Of a DNA stretch of 64,000 bases, positions 1-11,515 are shown one piece after another (the stretch's first letter is position 1; each line of letters starts with the position of its first letter). The notes beneath the pieces were generated by a model. The model was given only the letters and a program-made list of their open reading frames with translations. It did not search any database and was not told the DNA's origin. The stretch comes from Piromyces finnis finn (taxonomy: Eukaryota > Fungi > Neocallimastigomycota). The DNA is taken from positions 1 through 64,000 of the forward strand of contig MCFH01000088.1 in assembly GCA_002104945.1 (NCBI GenBank). Direction: 5' to 3'. Made by a program: the position numbers and the translations under genes.

Positions 1-38
1 TTATTAATTTCATGTTTAAATAATAACTTGGTAAATAG

Positions 39-1957
39 GTGCTGAAGTTGTTATTGAAGAAAGACTTACTGGTCAAGAATTAAGTTGTCTTGCTTTCTCT
101 GATGGTTACACTGTTGTTCCATTACCATCTGCTCAAGATCACAAGCGTGCTCTTGAAGGTGATAAGGTAAATTTTTTAAAGATGGAAATAAATATTTAAA
201 ATGAAGTGGTAATTAATCGAAACATGAACAATATGAAATAATGATATTAAAAATAATAGGGATTAAACACTGGTGGTATGGGTTGTTACGCTCCAACTCC
301 AATTGCTACCAAGGAATTACTTGATGGTGTTATGAAGAATGTTTTACAACCAACCGTTGACGGTATGCGTCACGATGGTTACCCATTCGTCGGTATTTTA
401 TACGCTGGTTTAATGTTAACTCCAAATGGTCCAAAGGTCTTAGAATACAACTGCCGTTTCGGTGACCCAGAAACTGAAGTTCTTTTACCACTTCTTGATG
501 ACAAGACTGATCTTGTTCAAGTTATGCTTGCTGCTGCTGAAGGTCGTCTTGACTCTGTTTACATTGGTTTCAGAGACTGTTTCGCTGCTACCGTTGTTGC
601 TGCTTCTAAGGGTTACCCAGAAGCCTATCCAAAGGGCTTAGAAATTACTATTGGTACTATGCCAGAAGATGTTACTGTCTTCCATGCTGGTACTAAGATG
701 GATAACGGTAAGTTAGTTACCTCTGGTGGTCGTGTCCTTACTGTTACTGGTGTTGCCCCAACCTTACAAGAAGCCTTAAACAAGGCCTACGAAGGTTTAG
801 ATCAAATTCACTTTGATGGTATGCACATCAGAAGAGATATTGGTCACAGAGCTTTAAAGTTCCTTGCTGAAAACAAGAACGGTGCTCACACTACCTACGC
901 TGATGCTGGTGTTAGTATTTCTAATGGTGATCTTTTCGTTCAAAAGATTAAGGCTATGGTCAAGTCTACTGTCCGTTCTGGTGCTGATGCTGAAATCGGT
1001 GGTTTCGGTGGTAACTTTGATCTTAAGCCACTTGGTTACAAGGATCCAATTCTTGTTGCTGGTACTGATGGTGTTGGTACAAAGTTAAAGATCGCCGAAA
1101 ACATTGGTTGCCACGACACTGTTGGTATTGATTTAGTTGCCATGAGTGTTAACGATTTAATTGTCCAAGGTGCTGAACCATTATTCTTCCTTGATTACTT
1201 TGCCACTAGTAAGTTAGATGTTAAGACTGGTGCTGACTTCGTTTCTGGTATTGCCAAGGCTTGTATTGAATCTGGTTGTGCTTTAATTGGTGGTGAAACC
1301 GCTGAAATGCCAGGTTTCTACGCTCCAGGTGAATACGATGCCGCTGGTTTCTGTGTTGGTATTGTTGAACGTAACAAGCTCCTTCCACGTATTAATGAAA
1401 TTAAGGCTGGTGACGTTGTTCTTGGTTTAGCTTCTTCTGGTGTTCACTCCAATGGTTTCTCTTTAGTTCGTCACATTGTTGAAAAGAATAACTTCGATTA
1501 CAACTCCCCATCTCCATTCAGCGAAAACCAAACTCTTGGTGAAGCCTTAATCACTCCAACTCGTCTTTACGTCAAGCCACTTCTTGACACCTGTAACAAG
1601 GGTCTTATCAAGGGTCTTGCTCACATTACTGGTGGTGGTTTCATTGAAAACATTCCACGTGTCTTACCAAAGAACGCTGGTGTTGTCATTGATGCTGCTT
1701 CATACCCACTCCCACCAGTCTTCAAGTGGTTAAAGAAGAACGGTAATATTGAAGATCTTGAACTTGCCCGTACTTTCAACTGTGGTATTGGTATGGTCAT
1801 TATCTGTGATGCTGCTAACGCTGCTGAAGTTATTGCCTCTGTTAAGGCTGCTGGTGAAAAGGAAGTTTACACTTTAGGTTCTGTTGTTGACCGTGAATCT
1901 ACCAACAATGGTAAGCCAGTTGTTATTAACAACATGGAAACCGCCTGGGCTCTCTAA
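39..1957 (+). CDS. ADE5,7: Bifunctional phosphoribosylamine-glycine ligase / phosphoribosylformylglycinamidine cyclo-ligase (GARS-AIRS), 5' part outside the window
   Basis: Exon 39-166 ([15 protein letters not shown]...QDHKR), GT-AG intron 167-259, exon 260-1957 starting [12 protein letters not shown] motifs [11 protein letters not shown] and HAGT...TSGGRVL; AIRS motifs [44 protein letters not shown]. Strong codon bias. Confidence 0.97.
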
Positions 1958-2505
1958 ATTTGAAGTTGACACTTTTTATTTCTAAAATTTCTAAATAAAA
2001 GCAGAAAATAATAGGAAATGAAAAGCAAGAATAAAAAATAGATTATTTTAATATATCCAATACTTTTCAATGAATATAAAATAAAAAAAAAATATCATCA
2101 GAGAAATTATAACATTAGAATATAAGATATTATATTTTATAGAAGAATTAAAAACTAATATAGTTAAAAAAGAAAAAAAGTCAAAAAAAAAAAAAAGCCA
2201 TAAAAGAAAAAAAAGAAAAATAACAACTATAAAAAAACACTTAATATTTAAAATGTATTATTAATGCCTTTTTTTTTTTTTTTCCTAACAGAAAAAAAAA
2301 ATTTAAATAAATAATTTATATAATTAAAAAAAAAAGTTTTTTATTTTAGAAGATTTCTACTTTTTATTTTTTTTGTGTCAATCACTATGTATATAAATTA
2401 AATTATCAAGGATGTTAATAATTATGTTGAATTTTTTTTTTTTTTTTTTTGTCGGATTGAGAGTCAACTTTAAAACAGTAATTGATTATGATTCTAATAT
2501 AATAA

Positions 2506-4981
2506 CGTATTTGGGATGGAGACTTCCCCAACTCATGGAATGAATCCAGTATTGTTTCTATTCCTAAGAAGGGAGATTTGACAGATTGTGATAACTATCG
2601 AGGTATATCACTTATCAATAATGGTATTAAGTTGATTTCCAAAATTGTCACCACTAGAATCTCAGAATATGGTCTAAAGAATAATTTCATTAGACCTGAA
2701 CAATTTGGTTTTCGAAAAAAGGAAGAAAGTATCAGTCTTTTCATTTCAATCCAAGAAATATGCCGTAGACGTCAATTAGATAATAAAGAGACATATTTGG
2801 CCTTTTTAGATCTCAGGAAAGCATACGATTCAGTCCCAATCGGTAATATTCTCCATAAATTAGATTGTTTAGGAATCCGAGGTAAGAGTTTACAATTCAT
2901 CAAAAATTTATATTTAACATCTAAGGCTAATGTCAAATTAGATGGACAATTCTCGAAATCTTTTGATGTGAAGAAAGGAGTCCGTCAAGGATGCCCTCTT
3001 TCTCCTATTCTCTTTAATCTCTTTATTAATGATATATTTAAAGAGTGTGAAGATCTCGGAGTCAGTTTAGGTGACACTCGATGCTGTGGTGGACTTTTTG
3101 CAGATGATATAGTTATTTGTGCTCCAACAAGAGGATGCTTAAAAAAGATGCTTAGAAGAGTTAATGAATGGGCCTTGTATAATGAAATGGAATTTGGTAT
3201 CCAGAAATGTTCAACGATGGTGATTCGTCCTGAATCAATAGAAAATCAGAACAAGAGAGATCCAACATTTTACTTAGCAGGACAACCCATTCCAACTACT
3301 GACTGCTACACTTATCTTGGTGTTCCATTTGATAAGAATTTGTCCCTTAAACCAGTAATTAATGTTCTTAATAACAAGGTTTTGAAAGGACTTTTCTCAG
3401 TCAGTAAATTCTTAAGAAATCCTAATATTCCTATTCCTTTCAAAAAACTAGTACTTAACTCACAAGTGATTAGCAGAGTTTCATACTTTGCACCATTACT
3501 TGGATCCAACAAAGCTAGGTCTAGGATTGCTCAGAAGCATGTTAACAAAGGAATACGATGGGTTGCCGGAGTTCATAAAGCTGTATCGTTTATATCTTTA
3601 TACTCTATCTCAAAAGATTTGAATATTCCTCCATTGTCAGCCAAATGTGCGTTAGCTCAGGTTAGATGTTTTAACAAATGGAAAAACTCAAATTGTATTA
3701 TCTCACACCTTGTCAATTACATTCCTAAATTTAGAAAATACACGTGGTGCAAATCAAGTAGGACACTTGAAAAAAAACTAAAGAAGCATGGAGATGTTAA
3801 AGCAGTTAAAAACTTTTATTGGAAAGATCTCAAAGGGAATTCAATCAAAGCGCAATATTATGATGATAATAAATTTATTGAAACTAAAGATTTTATTAAA
3901 TTATGTTATGAGTACCCAGAGTTTGCCTATGGCTTCTACTGGCTATTGAAAGCAAGAAGCGGATATAAGTTGGATGCTAGAGTTGCCAAAGCTGCTAAAT
4001 TTGTTGATCCAGTTTGTCCTAACTACTGTCCATGTTGCAAGTGTGGAGATCAAAGTATTAAACATTGGTTATTAGATTGTCCAACATTTAGAGATATCCG
4101 TATTAAACATTATGATTCCATAGTCCAGCTATTAAATTTTTTCAGTCAACGTAATTCCAATAGTCCTATCAATAATAATGAAATTGATAATATCAGTAGA
4201 GATAGTAATAACATTAATAGTAATAGTAACAATAGTAGTAATAACAATAGTAATAGTAACATTAGTAATAGTAACAATAGTAATAATAACAATAATAGAA
4301 ATAATAATATTAGTAATGATAGCAATAGTGAAGATAATAATTCTAATTTAGATAGTAATTTAGTTAATGATAGTAATAGTTCTAATAATCCGGTGAATAT
4401 TAATGTGTATGATTATTCTAGTGTGTGCAGTAAAATATTTAAATTCCTTCTTGGGGGAAGAAGTTTTAACAATATCAATTACAATTCAAGGGAATGGAAA
4501 GAACTTTGTAAGCGTCAGATTCAATCTGGTACTAATGAAGGAGCACCATTCTTGACGGTAACCGCGGAACTTCTAACCAAAATCATGCCTTTTGCTATTG
4601 GCCAGCAATGGTCAATGTTCAAAAGGTTTGAAGCAACATCCAAGAGCGTCAATGCTGAAGAAACAGTAAGACAGGCCAGGAGGGCCAGCGCAACCAATGG
4701 AGATCATAATTTTGTTCCATGACAAAATTTTGATCTTTGGCTCGGTGTCCCATTGGAAGTCAAATACAATTATTATACTTTAGTATGATAGTGGCTTTCT
4801 TACTTTAATTAAAATTACTAGAATACATTATACTCAATTTTTATTCATTTGTGTTTATTTAAACATATTTTTTTTATTTTTATTTTATTTTAATTTTTAT
4901 ATTACATGTATTATAATTTTAATTAAATTAATAATAAAGTTTAAAATATTTGATGCCGTTAAAAAAAAAAAAAAAAAAAAA
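2506..4981 (+). mobile_element. 5'-truncated non-LTR retrotransposon (LINE), young family, copy 1
   Basis: RT ORF, about 240-bp 3' UTR ending GATGCCGTT, and an A21 tail (4961-4981). Near-identical to the reverse complement of the copy at 11484-15548 from position 2506 onward. No convincing TSD seen. Confidence 0.95.
2578..4722 (+). CDS. LINE ORF2 fragment: reverse transcriptase plus C-terminal CCHC zinc knuckle
   Basis: NYRGISL, EQFGFR, FLDLRKAYDSV, GVRQGCPLSP, LFADD and YTYLGV RT motifs; CPCCKCGDQSIKHWLLDC zinc knuckle; Asn/Ser-rich tract. No endonuclease because of the 5' truncation. Confidence 0.93.
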   Translation: MTDCDNYRGISLINNGIKLISKIVTTRISEYGLKNNFIRPEQFGFRKKEESISLFISIQEICRRRQLDNKETYLAFLDLRKAYDSVPIGNILHKLDCLGIRGKSLQFIKNLYLTSKANVKLDGQFSKSFDVKKGVRQGCPLSPILFNLFINDIFKECEDLGVSLGDTRCCGGLFADDIVICAPTRGCLKKMLRRVNEWALYNEMEFGIQKCSTMVIRPESIENQNKRDPTFYLAGQPIPTTDCYTYLGVPFDKNLSLKPVINVLNNKVLKGLFSVSKFLRNPNIPIPFKKLVLNSQVISRVSYFAPLLGSNKARSRIAQKHVNKGIRWVAGVHKAVSFISLYSISKDLNIPPLSAKCALAQVRCFNKWKNSNCIISHLVNYIPKFRKYTWCKSSRTLEKKLKKHGDVKAVKNFYWKDLKGNSIKAQYYDDNKFIETKDFIKLCYEYPEFAYGFYWLLKARSGYKLDARVAKAAKFVDPVCPNYCPCCKCGDQSIKHWLLDCPTFRDIRIKHYDSIVQLLNFFSQRNSNSPINNNEIDNISRDSNNINSNSNNSSNNNSNSNISNSNNSNNNNNRNNNISNDSNSEDNNSNLDSNLVNDSNSSNNPVNINVYDYSSVCSKIFKFLLGGRSFNNINYNSREWKELCKRQIQSGTNEGAPFLTVTAELLTKIMPFAIGQQWSMFKRFEATSKSVNAEETVRQARRASATNGDHNFVP

Positions 4982-5005
4982 TTCAATAATTTAATTATAA
5001 TCAAT

Positions 5006-6288
5006 ATATCCCAACAAAAATAGAACTCGTAGAGTCCAGTCTTTTTATCAATACTGCTGTTCTTTGGAGTGTCAAAAGCTTTCACAATAACAAGGATTTT
5101 GTCTTTGAACGAAATTCATTTATTAGCTTGTATGCCCTTACAAGTGATTTAAGGATTCCAACACTTTCAGGTATTCGTGCTGCGCAACAAGTGAAATTGT
5201 TTTGTTAAATGGAGAAAATCAAATTGTATAATTAAAGATCTCGTCCGATCTATTCCTTCCATGTTTCATTACTCTTGGGCCAAAGAATCTTGTTCAATAC
5301 TTTTGAAAATAAATATATATTAAAAGTACTAAAGATATTAGAGAACATTATTGGAATAATAGGTAGCCTAAATAATGGAAGTAAAGCCCTCAGATATACT
5401 AACAACAAATTCCTTAATTCAAATCGCCTAATGCATATCGGTCTCAACAAACCTCACTTAAATTTAGGAATTACCTGGATTATTCGTATTTGATGCGGTT
5501 ATGAAAACACTACCATAATTGCTATTGATAGTAATTGAATTACTTCTGACTGTCCTCATGTCTGTCCATGTTGTGGATATGATGAACAATCTTTTTATCA
5601 TTGGATTTTAGAATGTTCTGCATTCTCTGAATACAGAGCTTCTTCACTTAGCTTTCTTGACGATCTTTTATCTTTTTATCCTTTTTCAAAATAAATACAA
5701 TAATCTATTCATCACTTACTTACTCCCTGAAATGGAAGTAAGAAAAATAATTTATAACTATATTTTTACGTTCCTTCTTGGTGGAACTTTAGCTTATAGG
5801 AAGCTACAAATCGATAAGGCGGAACAAAGGCATTTGAATGAACAGCTTTACAGTTCATCGGGGTCTCATGTTACATATGTAGAGGGTCTCGCGGCTTTTC
5901 TTACTAAAACAATTCCTATCATTAGTAGCTCTATGAAGCTACTTTTTGATAGGTTTAGTAAGACACCTAACGTAATCAAGAGCGCCGACGTCATACCGAT
6001 ATGGCAAAGGAACATTCCTAATGTTCCGTACACAAGGTTCAATGTTAGTATTTACTCAAATTCGAATGAAAACATTATGAATTCATGGGAGAGTTTAGTG
6101 GACACCACACTATCATACCTGATGTTACTTCTCTTTTTTATTTCATTTAATTTATTAGGCAGGGACCAATCCCACACAGTACGAATTGCAAAGTTCATTG
6201 AACTTTTATGCCACTTTAATATAATGCCAAGAAAAATAAATAAATACAAGAAGAAGTGTATTCTCTTCCTAGTCTAAAAAAAAAAAAA
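5006..6288 (+). pseudogene. Degenerate 3' remnant of an older, related LINE family
   Basis: Translation with stops and frameshifts gives SFISLYALTSDLRIPTLSG (young copy: SFISLYSISKDLNIPPLSA), CPCCGYDEQSFYHWILEC and FTFLLGG...AAFLTKTIP. Ends in an A-run at 6276-6288. Confidence 0.88.
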
Positions 6289-6696
6289 TAATAATAATAA
6301 TTAATATATATAGGAATAATATAAGTACTTGAAATCTTATATTAATTCCTTATCAACCATATTCATTTTCTATTAGTGATAAAGAATACAACATACATGA
6401 TAGTTATTATTGATATATTTATTTATTTTTTTTTTTTTTCCTTTTTTTTATTATTATTACAAATAATTACAATTTTAATATAAATAAAAATTTAAAAAAA
6501 TATATATATTTTTTTGTTATTCATTTTTTTTTTCTAACTTTGACAGTAACTCTAAATCTTATTGATGATTAAATTATATTAAGAAAAAGCATGACGAAAT
6601 AAAAAAAGTTCGATAATAATAATAATAATAATAATAAAATAAATAAGATATGAATATTAGATGATATACAATTTTTTTTGTTTCTTTATTTCATTT

Positions 6697-9140
6697 TTAC
6701 AAATTTAATTTTTGGTTTAAATCATGTGCTAATTTTTCACTCTTTTTTATTCTAGTAGTATTTCCAAGTTTATCAGTAACGATTTCATAGTCATCGTCAT
6801 CATCTTCTTCTTCATCTTCTTCTTCTATTTCCTTTTTAACTCTAATAGTATTACCAAATCTATCTGTTATTATTTCATATTCATCATCATCATCTTCTTC
6901 TTCTTCTTCATCATCTTCTTCTTCTACTTCCTTTTTAACTCTAATAGTATTTCCAAATCTATCTGTTATTATTTCATATTCATCATCATCTTCTTCTTCA
7001 TCATCTTCTTCTTTATTCTTCTTGACTCTTATTGTATTTCCAAATCTATCTGTTATTGTTTCATATTCATCATCATCATCCTCTTCTTCTTCATCTTCGT
7101 CATCATCTTCTTCGCTATCATAATCAAAACTCTTCTTTGCATTTTTTACAAATTCTTCTTCATCATCATCATCTTCTTCTTCACTATCTTCATCAGAATC
7201 TACATCCCACATATCCTTATTTTTATGATTTGGGTTTTCAAGTAATAAATCATCATCATCAAGACCTATTTTTATCAAATATAAAAATATATAAAAATAA
7301 AAATATATAAAATTATTAAATATAATTATATTTTAATTATTTTCTCCTAAATTTGAAATTAAATTAAATTTATAGTAATGCAAAAAAAAAATAAAAACTT
7401 ACGATTCTTTGATTCTTTAGTTTCTTTTTCTAATTTTTCTAAATATTTCTTTTGGAAGGCTAAAACTTCATCTGAATTTTTACATTTGGTGTAGTGTTTT
7501 AATAAACCACTTTATATATTTAAAATATTATAATTTTAATAATTTTTTTTGTCTTTTCATAGTTTACTAATATGTATATGAATTAATTTTTTTTTAAAAA
7601 AAAAAAAAAAAACTTACTGGTTCAATTCATAAAATGCATGTCCCCAAGTAAATTTACTCATAATTTCATCACCATATTCCTTTAAATCTTTATATATATA
7701 TAATTTATATTAATTATTATTTTTTATATCCTTTGCAACTACTATATAAACTATATAAATAGGTATTTAATATTCTTACCACAAATATAACAACAGGCAG
7801 CAAAAGCTTCTGCACAATTAAGACGGAATGGTTTACCATAATTGACAGGATTTGAAGCAATAAGGAATGGTACTAATAATATATATTTTATATCATATTA
7901 TATATATATATAAAAAAGTGAAATAAAAAAATATAAAATTATTAATACATAATATTAAAATATTTAATATGTATTTTTAAAAAGAGTTTCATTTCTTGAT
8001 ATTCTCATATATTTAATATTTAATAATGATGGTGGTAATTGAAATGATGAGGATGATATTAATAATAACAAATAATAATTACATAAACGTTCATTTGGTG
8101 ACTTTATTCTTCCCCAAGGAATTTCTTCAAGTCTTGCCCAAGAACATTCAATAACAGCAAGACCACTCTTTAAAATTATATCTCTATCTTCCATTGAAAC
8201 CACTTTTTTACTTTCTGAACTGTATATTTACGATATAAATATAATAAAAGTGAAAAAAAAAAAAAATAATAATAATAATAATAATTATTAATAAAAAACA
8301 ATTGAATTATTTAAATTATAATTCACTCTAGAAAAATCTTTAATCATTTAAATTTTAAATGAAGATATAAAATATATATTATAAATACCTTAAAACAATT
8401 CCTTTAAATTTTTGACCAACTCTTAAATCTTTTGCTAAACCTAAACGAATTAACTTTTTACCAGAACAACGTTTTGGATCACAGTGATCGAAATCCTATT
8501 AAATTATTTATTATTTTTTTTTATAATAATAATAATAAAAGAAGTAGGAATTTTAATAGAATTACAAATAATATTTTTAAAACTTGAATACTGAATTGCG
8601 TTTGTATAATTTTTTTTTTTAAAAAAAAAAAAACATTGATAATAATGTATTGAATTATTTGGTTAACTCTTTTTTTTTCTTTTTTTTTATATATATATTA
8701 TTTTGAAATAATAAAAATAAATTGTTGATATACGATAAGAATAATAATCATTTGATATATACCCACATCCCTAAAGGAAATGGTATTGAACTTCTACCAC
8801 TACCTTTTATATAATATATATAATTATATTTAAATAGGTTATTATCATTATTACATTTTGTAATAAAAACATTTTATTTTTTATCCATTAATTTTTACTT
8901 TTAGCTTCTGAGGACACTAAAATTCCATCTTCATTTACATAAGATTCGGTATATCTACAACAATAGAGGTAATAATAATAAAAAAAAAAAGTTTCAATCT
9001 CAAATTTCAAAATGAAATTTTATAAAATTATTAAATTTTTAAATTTTATATATATATAAATACCTTGCATATTTACTGCCACTATTATTATTATAATATT
9101 TTTTGGCCTTATTATTAGAACCTTTCTTACCCTTTGCCAT
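6697..9140 (-). CDS. TSR3: 18S rRNA aminocarboxypropyltransferase Tsr3, multi-exon
   Basis: Exons spliced by hand read MAKGKKG...PFPLGMW|[15 protein letters not shown]...[10 protein letters not shown]...[21 protein letters not shown]...[11 protein letters not shown]...LLLENPNH, then an acidic tail to the stop at 6697. Canonical GT-AG introns. An additional upstream exon cannot be excluded. Confidence 0.93.
6745..7110 (-). repeat. Four in-frame coding repeats (87-99 bp period) in the last TSR3 exon
   Basis: Conserved cores start at about 6764, 6854, 6953 and 7040, encoding YE(I/T)(I/V)TD(R/K)(F/L)GNT(I/T)R(V/I)KK, separated by poly-D/E spacers. Confidence 0.9.
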
Positions 9141-10306
9141 GACAACTTTTTGTAGTAATTGACCTTGTTGGTATATCTTCTGTACCACCTACTTTCTTCT
9201 TAATAATTTTAAAAATCAATTTAATTTTAACCAATCATATGTAATATAAATCAGTCAATATTTTATAATAAGAATCATTTTTCTAAAGATTATATATAAT
9301 AAATTAGATTTCAATAAATTTAAAAAATGACATTCTTCAAGACTTGTAATCTTGAATAAAGTAGTTTCCATCATTTTAGAGCTAAAATTTTATTTTTGGT
9401 TTAAAGAAAGAAATTACTAATATAGATAAACTCTGGGCAAACTATTCTGGATTGATTTATATTTGAAGGAATAGCAATCGATGAGTTGAAATTTCATCCT
9501 ATTAAAAAAAGAAATGAATCTGAAAATTTGTGTAATAAATTAATAACATATTAAGATTGAATGTGGTATAAGAAAGTTATTGTTTTTTTTTATTATTAAA
9601 GATGTATGTGATATTTTTAAAAGAGAATCTTTTAATGGTTAAAATTATGTGTTTGGTCAGTATGATATTGAAATGAGGTAATTTAATAGCTATTTTCTAT
9701 CTTATTTATTTTTAAGCAAAATTAAATTGTTAGTATAATTGTTTATATAAGAAAAGTATTGATTTTTTTTTTTTTTTTTTTTTTTTTAGTGAGAAAATAC
9801 GAAAAAAAAAAAAAAAAAATGGACATTTGGACCAAGTTCAAATAAATTATTTCAAATATAATGGTCATTACTTTTTTTTTTTTTTTTTAATAACTAAAAC
9901 ATGAAAATGTATTTTTCTTTCTTTTCCAAAAAATAATAATAATAATAAAAGATTAGAAAACTTTTTTTAATGTAAAATATTATTTTTGAAGAGTTTAAAC
10001 CTTTTTTTTTTTTTAAATAAATAACTTTTTGATATCAACTATTATTAATTTTTTTATGTATTTCCAAAGTAATATAATGTATGGTAAGTAAGTAATAATC
10101 ATAAAAATAAAAAGTATAATACACTATTTTTTAGTATTTATTAAATAATGTAAAAAAAAAAAAAAAAAAATAAATAAATAAATAATAAAATTATAACAAT
10201 AAGAATAAAATTATAATAATAATAATAATCAAAATAATAATAAAGATAATTTTTATTTACTATTAAAATTAAACTATATAAAAAAATGTTTCCTAAGCTA
10301 AGGAAT

Positions 10307-10312
10307 AAAAAA
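10307..10312 (-). terminator. Pol III terminator (T6) of tRNA-Leu
   Basis: TTTTTT on the minus strand 6 nt after the tRNA discriminator base. Confidence 0.7.
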
Positions 10313-10318
10313 TCAACT

Positions 10319-10399
10319 TGACTAAGGTGGGATTCGAACCCACGCCACATGTGTGACCAGGGCCTAAACCTGACGCGTTAACCTCTCCGCCACTTAGCC
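10319..10399 (-). tRNA. tRNA-Leu (anticodon UAG), intronless
   Basis: Reverse complement GGCTAAG-TG-GCGGAGAGGTTAACGC-G-TCAGG-TTTAGGC-CCTGG-long variable arm-GGTTCGAATCC-CTTAGTC-A. Acceptor stem pairs, A and B boxes present, type II variable arm. Confidence 0.96.
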
Positions 10400-10778
10400 A
10401 GTTATTTATTTCATGTTGAGGAAAAAGATTAAGTAATTTCAATGGGTGAAAAGCTATGTTAATTTTTTTCAGTTTATCGTTTTAGCATTACTCTTTTCCT
10501 TTTTTTTATTATTTTTTTTAAAAAAAAGAATAATTAATAGATAGGATTATTCTATTTATTTATTAAAATGAATAAATTTTATTTTTTTTTACCAACCCAC
10601 AAATGGAAAATAGTCACCCTAGATCAAGGTAACACAAAACCCTTACACATTGAAAAAAAAAAAGTTAAAATCAAATCAAATTAGTTCAATGTAATTTTCT
10701 CAGCAAATCTCTGTAGAATAGATAATAAATTCATAAAATAAGAATAAATACTATAGAATAAACATTATAATTATAGTG

Positions 10779-11270
<492 letters not shown>

Positions 11271-11469
11271 TTAATTATTCTTATTATGTTTATTAGGCCA
11301 ATTATTATTTATTATTATATTTATTGATAATAATATTATTGTTTGACAGTATAAATGGATCAAATAAAATCTTTATCCCTCTCTTTTATTATACCTTTGA
11401 AATAGTTTAGAAAATTATTTTGATCCACCTTCCTATATAACTACTACGTATTAATTTAAACCTATTTAT

Positions 11470-11479
11470 TCATTGATAT

Positions 11480-11483
<4 letters not shown>
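11470..11483 (+). repeat. Target-site duplication TCATTGATATTGAT (partner at 15549-15562)
   Basis: Exact 14-bp direct repeat abutting the poly-A end and the 5' end of LINE copy 2. Confidence 0.9.

Positions 11484-11515
<32 letters not shown>

Noticed and set aside
2451-2505. Twin-priming 5' inversion of LINE copy 1
   Set aside because: An inverted segment should match copy 2 upstream of 13990. Only a 6-nt match (GTCGGA at about 15028) was found.
6745-7110. Repeat-spacer pattern superficially like a CRISPR array
   Set aside because: The repeats are in-frame coding sequence with low-complexity acidic spacers in a eukaryotic exon, and there are no cas genes.
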